63,970 bases of DNA, filler included, from Candidatus Woesearchaeota archaeon (GCA_018399355.1; 9 parts of 9 records of this genome joined end to end with filler, not necessarily neighbours in it); one strand, 5' to 3'. Counted from the whole stretch's first letter, positions 29,014 to 38,959 are shown. The notes: generated from the sequence alone by a model not told the origin. A program made the numbers and translations.

Positions 29014-30831
29014 ATGGGGGAAAAAATAAATATTGAAAAGCTTGTGCCAGATACTTCTGTGATAATTGAGGGCCTGGTTTCATCAAAAATAGAAAAAAAA
29101 GAGATAAAGCCCAAATCAATATTGATTCATGAGGCAGTTCTTGCAGAGCTTGAGCACCAGGAAAATCAGAACAAGCAAACAGGATCTCTTGGTCTAGATG
29201 AGATAAGCAGGATAAGAAAACTTTCAAAAAAGCATGATTTTTCTTTGGAATTTTCAGGAAAAAGGCCCAATGCATCACAGATAAAATACGCAACCCTCGG
29301 TGAGATTGACTCTTTGATAAGGGATATGGCTTATGATGAGGGAGCTACATTAATGACATCTGATAAAACACAGGCAAGGGTTGCAGAGGCAAAAGGAATA
29401 GATGTTATTTTTCTTGAGATAAAAAAATTATTCAAGAAGCTTAAGCTGGAAAATTATTTTGATGATACAACCATGAGCGTTCATTTAAAAGAGAACTGTT
29501 TTCCTTATGCAAAAAAAGGAATGCCCGGCTCGTGGAAATTTGTTGCAGTTAAAAAAACAAAATTGACAAGAAAAGACGTTCAGGATATAAGCCGCGAAAT
29601 AATAGAAGAATCAAAAGCATCAAAACAAGGATTTATCGAGATTGAGAGAGCAGGCTCAACAATAATCCAGCTTGGAAAATTCAGGATTGTTATAACAAGG
29701 CCGCCATTTTCAGACGGATGGGAGATAACTGCAGTAAGGCCGGTAAAAAGCCTTTCATTAGAGGAATACCAACTTTCTGAAAAACTCAACAAAAGGATAT
29801 CAGAGCAGGCAGAGGGAATTTTAATAGCGGGCTCCCCTGGAATGGGAAAGTCAACATTTGCAAAGGCACTTGCTCACTTTTATTCTGAAAAGGAAAAAAT
29901 CGTGAAAACAATAGAAGCACCAAGAGACATGATTTTAAATGACAATATAACCCAGTATGCAATCTCGCATGGAGATGCGCAGGAGATTCATGACATTTTG
30001 CTATTGTCAAGGCCGGATTATACAATATTTGATGAGATGAGAAACACTGCTGACTTTCAGTTGTTTGCAGACTTAAGATTGTCAGGAATTGGATTGGCAG
30101 GAGTTGTTCATGCGACAAACACAATAGATGCAATACAAAGATTTGTGGGAAGAATTGAGCTTGGTGTTATTCCCCAAATTATTGATACTGTAATTTTCAT
30201 AAAAAATGGAAAAGTGGATAATGTTTTAAGCTTAAAGATGGTTGTTAAAGTGCCTACAGGAATGACAGAAGCGGATCTGGCAAGGCCTGTTGTAACAGTG
30301 AATGATTTTGAGACAGGTGATTTAAGATACGAACTTTATTCTTATGGTGAAGAAACTGTGGTTGTTCCTGTTCAGGGAGGTTACAGCTCTCCTGCAGGCA
30401 AGCTGGCCTCTGAAAAAATAAAGGATTTTTTCAAAAGATATTCTGATAATGTTGAGGTTGATGTGGTTTCAGACAACAAATGCACTGTTTATGTTTCTGA
30501 GCAGGCTATTCCTGAAATAATAGGAAGGCAGGGAAAGAACATAGGCAATATTGAAAAGCAGCTTGGAATGAGCATAGATGTAAAAGAGATGCAGGAAAAA
30601 ACAAAAGGAGAGAGCATAAGCTTTAACACAGATATAAAAAAGAAAAATATTGTCTTTTACCTTGATATGAAATATAAAAACAAAAACATTGATATTTATG
30701 TTAATGATGATTACTTACTTACGGCAAAGTCAGGCAAGACAGGAATAATAAAGATAAAAAAGAACAACAAGATAGCAAGAATACTTTCTGATGCTATTAA
30801 TACTGGTGAGAAGATTAAGCTTGTTCTTTAA
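29014..30831 (+). CDS. PIN-domain ATPase with KH domain (PINA/VapC-ATPase family)
   Basis: VPDTSVII (PIN), GSPGMGKST, DEMR, GVVHA, IIGRQGKNI (KH). Confidence 0.92.
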   Translation: MGEKINIEKLVPDTSVIIEGLVSSKIEKKEIKPKSILIHEAVLAELEHQENQNKQTGSLGLDEISRIRKLSKKHDFSLEFSGKRPNASQIKYATLGEIDSLIRDMAYDEGATLMTSDKTQARVAEAKGIDVIFLEIKKLFKKLKLENYFDDTTMSVHLKENCFPYAKKGMPGSWKFVAVKKTKLTRKDVQDISREIIEESKASKQGFIEIERAGSTIIQLGKFRIVITRPPFSDGWEITAVRPVKSLSLEEYQLSEKLNKRISEQAEGILIAGSPGMGKSTFAKALAHFYSEKEKIVKTIEAPRDMILNDNITQYAISHGDAQEIHDILLLSRPDYTIFDEMRNTADFQLFADLRLSGIGLAGVVHATNTIDAIQRFVGRIELGVIPQIIDTVIFIKNGKVDNVLSLKMVVKVPTGMTEADLARPVVTVNDFETGDLRYELYSYGEETVVVPVQGGYSSPAGKLASEKIKDFFKRYSDNVEVDVVSDNKCTVYVSEQAIPEIIGRQGKNIGNIEKQLGMSIDVKEMQEKTKGESISFNTDIKKKNIVFYLDMKYKNKNIDIYVNDDYLLTAKSGKTGIIKIKKNNKIARILSDAINTGEKIKLVL

Positions 30832-31669
30832 ATGATCTTCTTGTTTTTATTGTCTGTTTCATTACTTTTTCTTTATCTTTTATACTAAGGACCTTGAGTA
30901 TCCTGTGATCTGTTATGAATCCATTAAGAAGACCTCTTTTTGCAACCCTTGGAAAAACATCATAAACAAGACTGTGGCCTTTCTCATCAAGAAACCTTGG
31001 ATTTAAAACAAAAACAGAGTTAAATGTAAGATGAGGAACCTTTGAGCTTTTTTCCTCAAAATAGACTATTTTTGTTCCGTTAACCTTAAGATAGCTTTTT
31101 GCTTCTGAGCTTCCCCAGGTCATATTTATTGTTGCATACCTGTGGTTGTTTACATGCTCGTTTAATATTTCATTTAAGTCCATATTAGGGTAATCATGTC
31201 CAAAAAAACATAGAAAATCATAGTCAACCATTCCTTTCAACAGTCTTAATGCATCCATTGTTTTTAATCCTTTGTTGTTCTCAATGTATTTTATGTAATT
31301 TCTTTTTCCAAGAATATCTTTTATTTTTATTATTATTTCCGGGAGCGAAATTATAAATATTTTCTTGAATCCATTATTCCTTAATAATTCAATCTGCTCT
31401 TCCACAAGTGTTTTTTTGTTTGGAAGTTTTGCAGTTATATTATATTCTCCGTTTTCAAGCTTCATCCTGTCATCAACATTAAAGTATTTTGTATCAGTTC
31501 CCTTGCTTAATATTACTGCTGTTCTTTCTTTATCCATTGATTTTTTAACAAGACTTCTTATTGCATCAGATCTGTTTTTTATTATTACATTATCAACAAT
31601 GTTGTCTATTCCTCTTAATACAGTTGGTTCAATCCTTAACGATATCTTTACCATATTAGTTTTTACCAT
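30815..31669 (-). CDS. Ribbon-helix-helix plus degenerate sugar-nucleotidyltransferase domain protein
   Basis: VKISLRIEPTVLRGIDNIVD...NRSDAIRSLV (RHH); TAVILSKG, TLVEEQIELL..GFKKIFI, FEEK, SLVYDVFP (NTP_transferase fold). Confidence 0.75.
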   Translation of the reverse strand: MVKTNMVKISLRIEPTVLRGIDNIVDNVIIKNRSDAIRSLVKKSMDKERTAVILSKGTDTKYFNVDDRMKLENGEYNITAKLPNKKTLVEEQIELLRNNGFKKIFIISLPEIIIKIKDILGKRNYIKYIENNKGLKTMDALRLLKGMVDYDFLCFFGHDYPNMDLNEILNEHVNNHRYATINMTWGSSEAKSYLKVNGTKIVYFEEKSSKVPHLTFNSVFVLNPRFLDEKGHSLVYDVFPRVAKRGLLNGFITDHRILKVLSIKDKEKVMKQTIKTRRSFKEQA

Positions 31670-31710
31670 AATATGATAGTAAAAATAAAGTAACTATTTA
31701 AACCTTTCTA

Positions 31711-31723
31711 TTTGTCCGACATA
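31711..31723. promoter_or_regulatory. Palindromic operator candidate 1 (TTTGTCCGACATA)
   Basis: TGTC-C-GACA palindrome, repeated at 31791-31799 in the divergent intergenic region. Confidence 0.55.
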
Positions 31724-31788
31724 TTATATAAAAATTTAGTAAAATAACTGTTATATATTTAAGAAATAAAAAAGATTAATATAGAGAT

Positions 31789-31801
31789 TATGTCCGACAA
31801 A
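31789..31801. promoter_or_regulatory. Palindromic operator candidate 2 (TATGTCCGACAAA)
   Basis: Reverse complement of site 1 except for the central base. Confidence 0.55.
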
Positions 31802-31858
31802 AATTAAATTTAAATATCTTTGTTTAGCCTAAAAAATATCTTGAGAGAGGTTAATAAA

Positions 31859-32947
31859 ATGAAAGAAAAAACATGTTTTGTTGTTGGACTGGGAAAAGTA
31901 TTTAATATCCATAAAAAAGTATTAAATAGCTTAAATATTGATATCAAGGGATACATAGACAATGATAAAAATAAATTGAATGATATGAGAAAAGGATATA
32001 ATCATGTTTTTTCTTCACTAGTAGAGGCATTTAGAGAATCTAATCCTTTTTTCTGGGATATCTGTGTTCCAAATGAGAATCACCTTGATGTTATAAAGGA
32101 AATTGCCTCTTTGGATGAAAAAGCAAATATTTTTGTTGAAAAACCTATCTGTGAATATTCTCAGATTAATGATTTAAGAGAAATAATAAACAACAATCCA
32201 GGATTGAAAATATCTGTAAATGAAAACTATCTTTCTTCAAACACCACAAAAGAAGTTAGAAAAATATTAAATGAAAAGTCTCTGAAACCACATACAATCA
32301 TATCTGAAATGAGCAAACATCGTGGTGAGGATTTTGCAAATGGAAGATTTGTTGATAAAAAACTTTATGTCTGGGGATATGAAGGCACCCATATGTTGAC
32401 AATGGTATGGGGATTGGGAGATGGATATAAACCAGATGAGATAAAATCTTCCAAAATGAAAGATGCATATATTGAAACAATAGAGGGCATAAAGAAATTT
32501 GAAAAACAAGGCGAAGGAGAGGCAGAATATATTACACAAAATGGTAAAAATGTTTTATTGAGAACATCAATGGTTGGGGAATTTAAATATTTATATCCTC
32601 CTCATGGTAAGGGTTTAATTGAAAATAAAATTCCTCAATCAGACAGAAAGACAAGATACAGGGTATTAATTGCTAAGTGTCATAATAATATTGATTTAGT
32701 TGCTTTTTATGACCCTGTTCAAGGACTTGAAGCAGGAGAATATCCTGGTTCAGTTGTTGTTATAAAAAATGGTCAGATAGATTATATAAAAGAACCCATA
32801 CCTGACAATACAATGTTTAATCACATTAGTAAGGCAGTGAACCATTTTTCAGGAAAAGAAAAAAATCCATGCGATGCTGATACAGGAATACTCAATGTTG
32901 AAACCCTGGATAAGATTGTTTCAAAAGCACTACGACAAAATGACTGA
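31859..32947 (+). CDS. Gfo/Idh/MocA family oxidoreductase
   Basis: VVGLGKV, DICVPNENH, IFVEKPI, VNENY, EGTH; GAGG RBS before ATG 31859. Confidence 0.8.
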   Translation: MKEKTCFVVGLGKVFNIHKKVLNSLNIDIKGYIDNDKNKLNDMRKGYNHVFSSLVEAFRESNPFFWDICVPNENHLDVIKEIASLDEKANIFVEKPICEYSQINDLREIINNNPGLKISVNENYLSSNTTKEVRKILNEKSLKPHTIISEMSKHRGEDFANGRFVDKKLYVWGYEGTHMLTMVWGLGDGYKPDEIKSSKMKDAYIETIEGIKKFEKQGEGEAEYITQNGKNVLLRTSMVGEFKYLYPPHGKGLIENKIPQSDRKTRYRVLIAKCHNNIDLVAFYDPVQGLEAGEYPGSVVVIKNGQIDYIKEPIPDNTMFNHISKAVNHFSGKEKNPCDADTGILNVETLDKIVSKALRQND

Positions 32948-33049
32948 AAGAAAAAATAAAATATATATAAATAACAATTTGTTTAATAATCTTTTGAGGA
33001 ATATTTTTGTACAAATAAAAAAACGCCAAAAAGGCGTTTTTGTGGACCA

Positions 33050-33149
33050 NNNNNNNNNNNNNNNNNNNNNNNNNNNNNNNNNNNNNNNNNNNNTTAATTA
33101 ATTAANNNNNNNNNNNNNNNNNNNNNNNNNNNNNNNNNNNNNNNNNNNN
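33050..33149. other. Artificial contig linker
   Basis: N44-TTAATTAATTAA-N44. Confidence 0.98.
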
Positions 33150-33150
33150 G

Positions 33151-33987
33151 TATATCTCAATACAATACCTTGAGGTAGTGCCCTTTGTGGATAAAATAAT
33201 TTACTATTTATTGTTAGCGCTTTTAGGAGTTTACATCGCTAAAGGAACATCTAAAGCAATAAATCATTTTGTGGAAAAGCAAATAAAAAAAGAGAATGAA
33301 AAGGAAAAAGGGACTAAAAGGTCAGGGTCCATGATAAAGGTCTTGGGAGTGATTGCAAAAGTGATTATATGGTCTATTGCCCTTCTTATGATTCTCTCAA
33401 ACATAGGTATAGAAATAACTCCTCTGATTGCCAGCGCCGGAGTAGGGGGAATTGCTGTTGCCCTTGCATTACAGTCTGTTTTAGGAGATTTGTTTGCAGC
33501 TTTCATAATTTACTTTGACAAGCCATTCAAGGAAGGTGATTTCATTATCATAGGAAATGATATGGGTGTTGTGAAAGAGATAGGTCTTAAGTCCACAAGA
33601 TTACAGGCATTGGGAGGACAGGAACTTATTATGTCTAACACAGAGCTTGTTAACTCAAGGATAAACAATTACAAACAGATGCAAAAAAGAAGAATAGTGT
33701 TTGGTTTTGGAGTCAAGTATGATACAGGCGAAGCAAAGCTGAAAAAAATAAAGAGCATAGTTACTAAAATATTTAAAAGCGTTAAAGATGTTGACTTTAA
33801 CAGGGTTCACTTCAAGGAATTTGGGGATTTCAGTTTGAATTATGAAGTTGTTTATTATGTTGATAAATCAGACTATAATATTTATATGGATAAACAAGAA
33901 GAGATTAACATGAAGATTTATTCTGAATTTGAGAAAGCTGGGATAGAGTTTGCATTCCCAACACAGACAATTGAAATACATAAATAA
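33151..33987 (+). CDS. mscS: Small-conductance mechanosensitive channel MscS, 5'-truncated
   Basis: LIASAGVGGIAVALALQ, DKPFKEGDFI, IGLKSTR, GIEFAFPTQT. Confidence 0.92.
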   Translation, partial: YISIQYLEVVPFVDKIIYYLLLALLGVYIAKGTSKAINHFVEKQIKKENEKEKGTKRSGSMIKVLGVIAKVIIWSIALLMILSNIGIEITPLIASAGVGGIAVALALQSVLGDLFAAFIIYFDKPFKEGDFIIIGNDMGVVKEIGLKSTRLQALGGQELIMSNTELVNSRINNYKQMQKRRIVFGFGVKYDTGEAKLKKIKSIVTKIFKSVKDVDFNRVHFKEFGDFSLNYEVVYYVDKSDYNIYMDKQEEINMKIYSEFEKAGIEFAFPTQTIEIHK

Positions 33988-34069
33988 AGATTTATTCTGA
34001 CCTTATTTATAATAACAAAAAATAAGATAATTATTAAGTTAGAAAAAACTTTAGATTAAAAATTTACCT

Positions 34070-34360
34070 CTAACTTTTGAAATTTACATTTATAGAATTT
34101 GCAACATTATGAATATAACTTTTTATTTTCTTTTCCAAATCTTTGCTGCAATTTTTATCATATTCTATAGCTATATGGTTTTTCTGGTTTAAATAATTCA
34201 ATCTTATATCAAACAGGCTAGAATTATTCTCATACAATTTAATTTTGTTTTTATCTTTAAGAAAATAAGTTTTATAGCCTTGCATTTCAGCAAAATCATC
34301 TAATACCCTTTTTATTTCTCTTGAACCAACATCTCTTTCAAATCTAATCTCTCTAATCAT
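34070..34360 (-). CDS. Hypothetical protein
   Basis: 96-aa ORF with upstream TATA-like TTTAAA. Confidence 0.5.
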   Translation of the reverse strand: MIREIRFERDVGSREIKRVLDDFAEMQGYKTYFLKDKNKIKLYENNSSLFDIRLNYLNQKNHIAIEYDKNCSKDLEKKIKSYIHNVANSINVNFKS

Positions 34361-34430
34361 TTTATATAGCTATTTAGATTTGTTTAAATATTTTATTGTA
34401 TTCCAGCAAACATAAAAATATCCTAGCTTT

Positions 34431-34601
34431 TTATTTCCTTTTTTTCATATTCTGAACCATTGCGCCGAAAACAATTCCCAGGCCTGTGCCAATAGGAGCA
34501 ATCCAGAATTTATCCATAATTATAAAGCCAAAAACAAATCCTATTGCACTGCCCATTATAAGACCAAGGCCAACATAATTTATGTCTTTTTTGCTGTCCA
34601 T
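34431..34601 (-). CDS. Small two-TM Gly-rich membrane protein (56 aa, not in ORF track)
   Basis: MDSKKDINYVGLGLIMGSAIGFVFGFIIMDKFWIAPIGTGLGIVFGAMVQNMKKRK; starts 2 nt after the PspC-gene stop. Confidence 0.7.
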   Translation of the reverse strand: MDSKKDINYVGLGLIMGSAIGFVFGFIIMDKFWIAPIGTGLGIVFGAMVQNMKKRK

Positions 34602-34603
34602 TT

Positions 34604-35596
34604 TTAATATTCTCTTACAAGTTCAGCGTATTCAATATGTAGTATATCATAATCCAGGACCAAGGCAGAAACCTCAAAGCCATAAACAATTTCTGGAAGC
34701 TCATCGCTGTCTATATAAAACCTGTACTTAAGCTCATAGCAGTTTTGCTTTAAGTGGGCATCTTGCCCTGCAAACCCTTCACATTTATTTTTCTCAACCA
34801 TGCTTAACCCGAGGTACTCCAATCCGTATCCATTATTAGCTGCATAGTTGTGGCTGTTCATTATCCTTACTTCAAGCCCTTCCCTTACCTTATTTATTCT
34901 TTCATTAAATATATTCTCAGGGACAAATTCTATAGCCTTGATTCCTTCATCACTTATTATAACCCTTTCATTAACAGCAATTCCTTTTCTGTCAACTGAT
35001 ATTCCTGAATCAGCAGTTTTATACAAAAAAAACGAGAAAAATGCAGTCAATAAAAGAAGAAAAACAACTCCTGCTAGAATCACAAAAAGCAAAACAAGGC
35101 CTTTGTTGCTTTTTTTATTTGATTTATCTGAGTTTTCTTTTTGCCCGGGCTCAATAGGAATAATTAGCCATGCAATCAGATAAGCCAAAAACGTTGAGCC
35201 ATTAATAAAAAATAAAAGCACAACAGCCAACCTGATGAAGGTAGGATCAGTATTAAAGTAATCTGCTATTCCACCGCAGACACCGCCTAAAACCTTATCA
35301 TTCCTGCTCCTGAAAAGCCTTTTTGCCTTGTCTTTTACCTTAGAGCTTGAGTTTTGATTGGTTTCCAAACCAGCACCTTTTTTACTAAAATTAAATGCAA
35401 GGTAGATAATTGCTCCGAGAACATTCAAAAATATGATTACCAGTATCCATATAAGTTTTTCAGACGTTTCTCTCCTTGAGCCAATGCAGTCAACCAATGC
35501 CCAAATCCATAAGAATATTGAAATAATTGCAATTGAAATGATTATGCTTGCAAATGCACTAATTCCCAAAAAATTACGTATCATTATCATCACCAA
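34604..35596 (-). CDS. PLDc_N + PspC domain membrane protein
   Basis: LWIWALVDC...KLIWILVIIFLNVLGAIIY (PLDc_N); LFRSRNDKVLGGVCGGIADYF..DPT..R...AYLIAWLIIP (PspC). Confidence 0.88.
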   Translation of the reverse strand: MVMIMIRNFLGISAFASIIISIAIISIFLWIWALVDCIGSRRETSEKLIWILVIIFLNVLGAIIYLAFNFSKKGAGLETNQNSSSKVKDKAKRLFRSRNDKVLGGVCGGIADYFNTDPTFIRLAVVLLFFINGSTFLAYLIAWLIIPIEPGQKENSDKSNKKSNKGLVLLFVILAGVVFLLLLTAFFSFFLYKTADSGISVDRKGIAVNERVIISDEGIKAIEFVPENIFNERINKVREGLEVRIMNSHNYAANNGYGLEYLGLSMVEKNKCEGFAGQDAHLKQNCYELKYRFYIDSDELPEIVYGFEVSALVLDYDILHIEYAELVREY

Positions 35597-35693
35597 AATA
35601 AATAAAGCATAGCTTATTTATAAATAGTATGAAAAACAAATACAGAGGATTAATACATAAAGGTTTTTAAATAATGCAATTATAATATATAAA

Positions 35694-36356
35694 ATGGCAA
35701 TAATTGATAATTTCCCTTTAATTGAATTCATATATTCATGCCTTATAATATTTCCAAGCCTTTTGATTTACATTAAAACAAAAAAAATTTACAACTTCAA
35801 AAAGCACACAGGAGTAAGATATTTCAGTAAGGCCTTTCTATTTTTTGCAATCTCTTTTTCAATAAGGTTTATCTATTTTATTTCACAAAGCTATTCAGAA
35901 TCTTCTTTATCTAAAATAATACTTTACAATAATTATCTCCTCATATTGTTTGAATTATTTTTCCTTGTGCCGGGATTTTACTTTTTTATGAGCCTGACAT
36001 ACAAAAAATTTGGAAGATACAGGAGATTAGCATGGTGCCTTGGAATTGTTTTTCTGTTTTTGGTATCATTAGTTGACTATTTCACTTACACTTTTCTTCT
36101 TATGTATATAGTTTCAATAGGTCTTTTCTCAATGAACTCTTTTATCAGCTACAGAAACTACCAGAAAAAGCCAACAAAATACGGCCAGATTTATTCAACT
36201 GCAATGGTCTTGCTTTTAATCTCATGGATACTTAATTTTTCAACGCAATATATCCTTGACAAAATTCCTTTTTTAAGGTATTATGTTTACTTTGTAAATG
36301 TGCTGGCAGTTTTGATAATGTTGTTTATTGTAAACAAAATACTTGATAATTTTTAA
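35694..36356 (+). CDS. ~7-TM membrane protein (putative sensor), paralogous to 60279..60941
   Basis: About seven hydrophobic segments; KIYNF....VRYFSKAFLFFAISF parallels KIYRI....IKLFGISFSFISISY. Confidence 0.7.
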   Translation: MAIIDNFPLIEFIYSCLIIFPSLLIYIKTKKIYNFKKHTGVRYFSKAFLFFAISFSIRFIYFISQSYSESSLSKIILYNNYLLILFELFFLVPGFYFFMSLTYKKFGRYRRLAWCLGIVFLFLVSLVDYFTYTFLLMYIVSIGLFSMNSFISYRNYQKKPTKYGQIYSTAMVLLLISWILNFSTQYILDKIPFLRYYVYFVNVLAVLIMLFIVNKILDNF

Positions 36357-36358
36357 AA

Positions 36359-36631
36359 ATGAAAAAAAGAGAAAGATTTGATGTAATAAAAGACATCCTT
36401 GAATCAATCAAGAAAAATAATGGAAAGATAAAGCCGACAAGGCTTCTATACTCTTCTAATCTATCATCACTTATGTTCAAGGATTATATCTCAGACCTTG
36501 TCAAGACAGGCCTGATAACTGAAGTCAGCAACTCAAAAAATAAAAAACATTATGAAATCACAGAAAAGGGCAATGATTTCCTCAGAAAATATTCTATGTT
36601 CAACGAGTTTGTTAGTAATTTAGGTTTATAA
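36359..36631 (+). CDS. Winged-helix DNA-binding protein (HTH_45-like)
   Basis: KRERFDVIKDIL...KPTRLLYSSNLS...Y...L...YEITEKG. Confidence 0.88.
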   Translation: MKKRERFDVIKDILESIKKNNGKIKPTRLLYSSNLSSLMFKDYISDLVKTGLITEVSNSKNKKHYEITEKGNDFLRKYSMFNEFVSNLGL

Positions 36632-36636
36632 GAAAA

Positions 36637-36759
36637 TCCCCGCTGCCGGATTTGAACCAGCAACCTTTCGGTAACAGCTGTCTGCATTTCATCCATTCTC
36701 CTTACGAGATAGTCGGGCAGAATCTACAGCCGAACGCTCTACCATTGAGCTAAACGGGG
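36637..36759 (-). tRNA. tRNA-Tyr(GTA) with 51-nt 37/38 intron (36673-36723)
   Basis: CCCCGTT/AGCGGGG acceptor (C1:G72), TTCGG-CT GTA G|A-CCGAA, GCTGG TTCAAAT CCGGC. Confidence 0.9.
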
Positions 36760-36780
36760 TCAAAAATTAAGAAAAAATCT

Positions 36781-38241
36781 TTATTTATATAGCTTTTGAT
36801 TTTTTTCATCAACAAGGTCAACTCTATTCGACCTTGTTATTGAAATCTTTCCATTTTTGTTTTCATACTTCACTATTGCAGGCCTTAAACTGAAAGGACC
36901 CAATATACTTAGCCTTGACTTTATCTTATAAGTTATCAGTCTTTCTTCAAATGCATCAAGAACATCAACATTCCACTTTACCATATTTCCTTTTTTGTCA
37001 TGCATAATTATTTTTGTGGGTTTTAAGGTTCCTATCTGGAAGTCATTTTCTATATCTGCTATATTCGGAACCCCATCTATGATTGAAACATTTTTTATCT
37101 GTCTTCCTGTCCTGTTTCTCACATTCATTATAACTTTTATCTCTGTTATTCCTCCTTCTTTTGTTCCAAGCACAACTGCCTGTTTTTTTACAATTATATC
37201 CCCTCTTAGTAAGTAATAAAGAACCAATAAGACAAATGCAAAAGCTATTACAAATGCAGGGGGCCTAAAGTTTGTAATAACCATAACCTCTGTTTTTTCA
37301 GCTGGCTTTAAATCAACATCAAGGGCCCTATATCTTTTTCCATTTTCTTTAATAACATACATTTTTGGATTTGTGGATGTAACCAAATCCTTGAAGAATC
37401 CCATCTCAATTTTTAGTGTTTCCTGTCTCTTTATATTACCATCATTCGTGTATGTTATTTTCTGCTCTGTTTTTAAAAAAGACCTTTCTTCAAAAGAAGA
37501 GTACTTTATTTCTGAGTATGAAACTACATTTACTGGAATATCTTCAACAGACCTTATTTTTTCTCCATATACATAAAGCTCTAATTTAAGAGTATCTTCT
37601 TTAGGGGGTTGCAAAGGGTCAATTGAATAGGTTATAACAATTGTTTTTTCTTCAAGGGGTTTTAAAGAAGTTACTGTTTCCTTATTTATAACAATACTTG
37701 AAAGCCTTATGTTAAGTTCAGATATATTTAATGGATTTCTGTTCTTTAAATTAACCTTTATCTGAAAGCTTTCTCCTGGCTTTATATTTTCAGGAATTTC
37801 AACATCTGCAGTCACAGTAGGAGGATAAGTTCCTGCCTTTTCTCCCGAATTTAAATAAATATGAAGGTTTATTTCTTCTAAGGCTCCTGTTCTGGTTGAC
37901 TTAACTTTTACTGGAATCCTGTACAGGCTTGGAGGCATTTCTGATACAGGCATAGCAGATATCTTGATTTTTCTTGTTGCCCCTTTTGTTACAGTTACTG
38001 TTGAATCTTTTGGTGGAAGAATCTGCATGCTCCACTTTGGGTTAATTCCAAAGCTTATTCTATAGCTATCATCAAAACTTTCATCATTGTTTATTATTAA
38101 ATAAAATTCTGCTGCCTCATTTACTACTACATTATCTTTTATTGTTTCATAATCTAATGAAAATCCTGGATTAGCATAAGCAAGAGACAAGCTAAGCAAA
38201 AGTACACCAAATATAAGAAAACTGCTTTTAAATATACCCAT
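36781..38241 (-). CDS. Secreted membrane-anchored protein with Ig-like/CARDB-like domains
   Basis: Signal peptide, beta-rich repeats, internal TM, DUF11-like VRNRTG..IKNVSIIDGVP. Confidence 0.65.
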   Translation of the reverse strand: MGIFKSSFLIFGVLLLSLSLAYANPGFSLDYETIKDNVVVNEAAEFYLIINNDESFDDSYRISFGINPKWSMQILPPKDSTVTVTKGATRKIKISAMPVSEMPPSLYRIPVKVKSTRTGALEEINLHIYLNSGEKAGTYPPTVTADVEIPENIKPGESFQIKVNLKNRNPLNISELNIRLSSIVINKETVTSLKPLEEKTIVITYSIDPLQPPKEDTLKLELYVYGEKIRSVEDIPVNVVSYSEIKYSSFEERSFLKTEQKITYTNDGNIKRQETLKIEMGFFKDLVTSTNPKMYVIKENGKRYRALDVDLKPAEKTEVMVITNFRPPAFVIAFAFVLLVLYYLLRGDIIVKKQAVVLGTKEGGITEIKVIMNVRNRTGRQIKNVSIIDGVPNIADIENDFQIGTLKPTKIIMHDKKGNMVKWNVDVLDAFEERLITYKIKSRLSILGPFSLRPAIVKYENKNGKISITRSNRVDLVDEKNQKLYK

Positions 38242-38319
38242 TAACTACCACCGCTCTTATTTATAAATGTTTAATATAGTATTTTATATATAAATCTTTC
38301 TAAAGTAAAACACAAATTA

Positions 38320-38856
38320 TTAACCAAACTCTTCTTTTAACAGGCCATATCTTAATTCATCACAGTATCTTCCATTCTGGAACCTGTGTTTCCTTAATCT
38401 TCCTTCGTATTTAAAGCCGAGTCTTTCAAGAACCTTTGCAGAATCAGTGTTTTCATGGTTAAGTTTTGCAAATATTCTTCTGAAGCCCAATTTATTAAAT
38501 CCAAAACCAACAATTATTTTTGCTGCCTCAGACGCATAACCCTTTTTTCTGAATGGTTTTCCAATCCAATATCCAAGCTCTGCATTTTTATTTTTGTAAT
38601 TTATGTTAAATAAAGAAACCATTCCAATTATTTGGTTATTTAATTCTATTCCAAGGCCATACTCTTCTTTTTTCTCGAGTTTTTCTCTGTTTTTCTTTAT
38701 AAAACTTAAAGCATCTTCAATTTTGTAAGGATAAGGAATATGTACTGTATATTTGCTTATTGATTTATCCTGGGCATGTTCTTTAATTGATTCAGCATCC
38801 TTAACTTCAGGAGTTCTGAGATTGATCCTTTTTCCTTTTATGAAAATTTTTTCCAT
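38320..38856 (-). CDS. GNAT N-acetyltransferase (RimJ/RimL family)
   Basis: AELGYWIGKPFRKKGYASEA, ENTDSAKVLERLGFKYEGRLR; ATG at 38856. Confidence 0.9.
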   Translation of the reverse strand: MEKIFIKGKRINLRTPEVKDAESIKEHAQDKSISKYTVHIPYPYKIEDALSFIKKNREKLEKKEEYGLGIELNNQIIGMVSLFNINYKNKNAELGYWIGKPFRKKGYASEAAKIIVGFGFNKLGFRRIFAKLNHENTDSAKVLERLGFKYEGRLRKHRFQNGRYCDELRYGLLKEEFG

Positions 38857-38878
38857 TTTTCTTAGATTTAAAACTTCT

Positions 38879-38957
38879 GCGAGCGAAGCGAGCGTGAGGG
38901 ACTTCAATTGCTTTGCAATTGAATGTCGCTCCTGCGTGCCAGCTTAGCAAGAAGCTG
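38879..38957 (-). repeat. Structured element, copy 4 (2 nt downstream of tRNA-Pro)
   Basis: CAGCTT-CTTGCT-AAGCTG GCACGCAGGAGCGACA TTCAATTGC-AAA-GCAATTGAA GTCCCTCACGCTCGCTTCGCTCGC. Confidence 0.85.
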
Positions 38958-38959
38958 AG

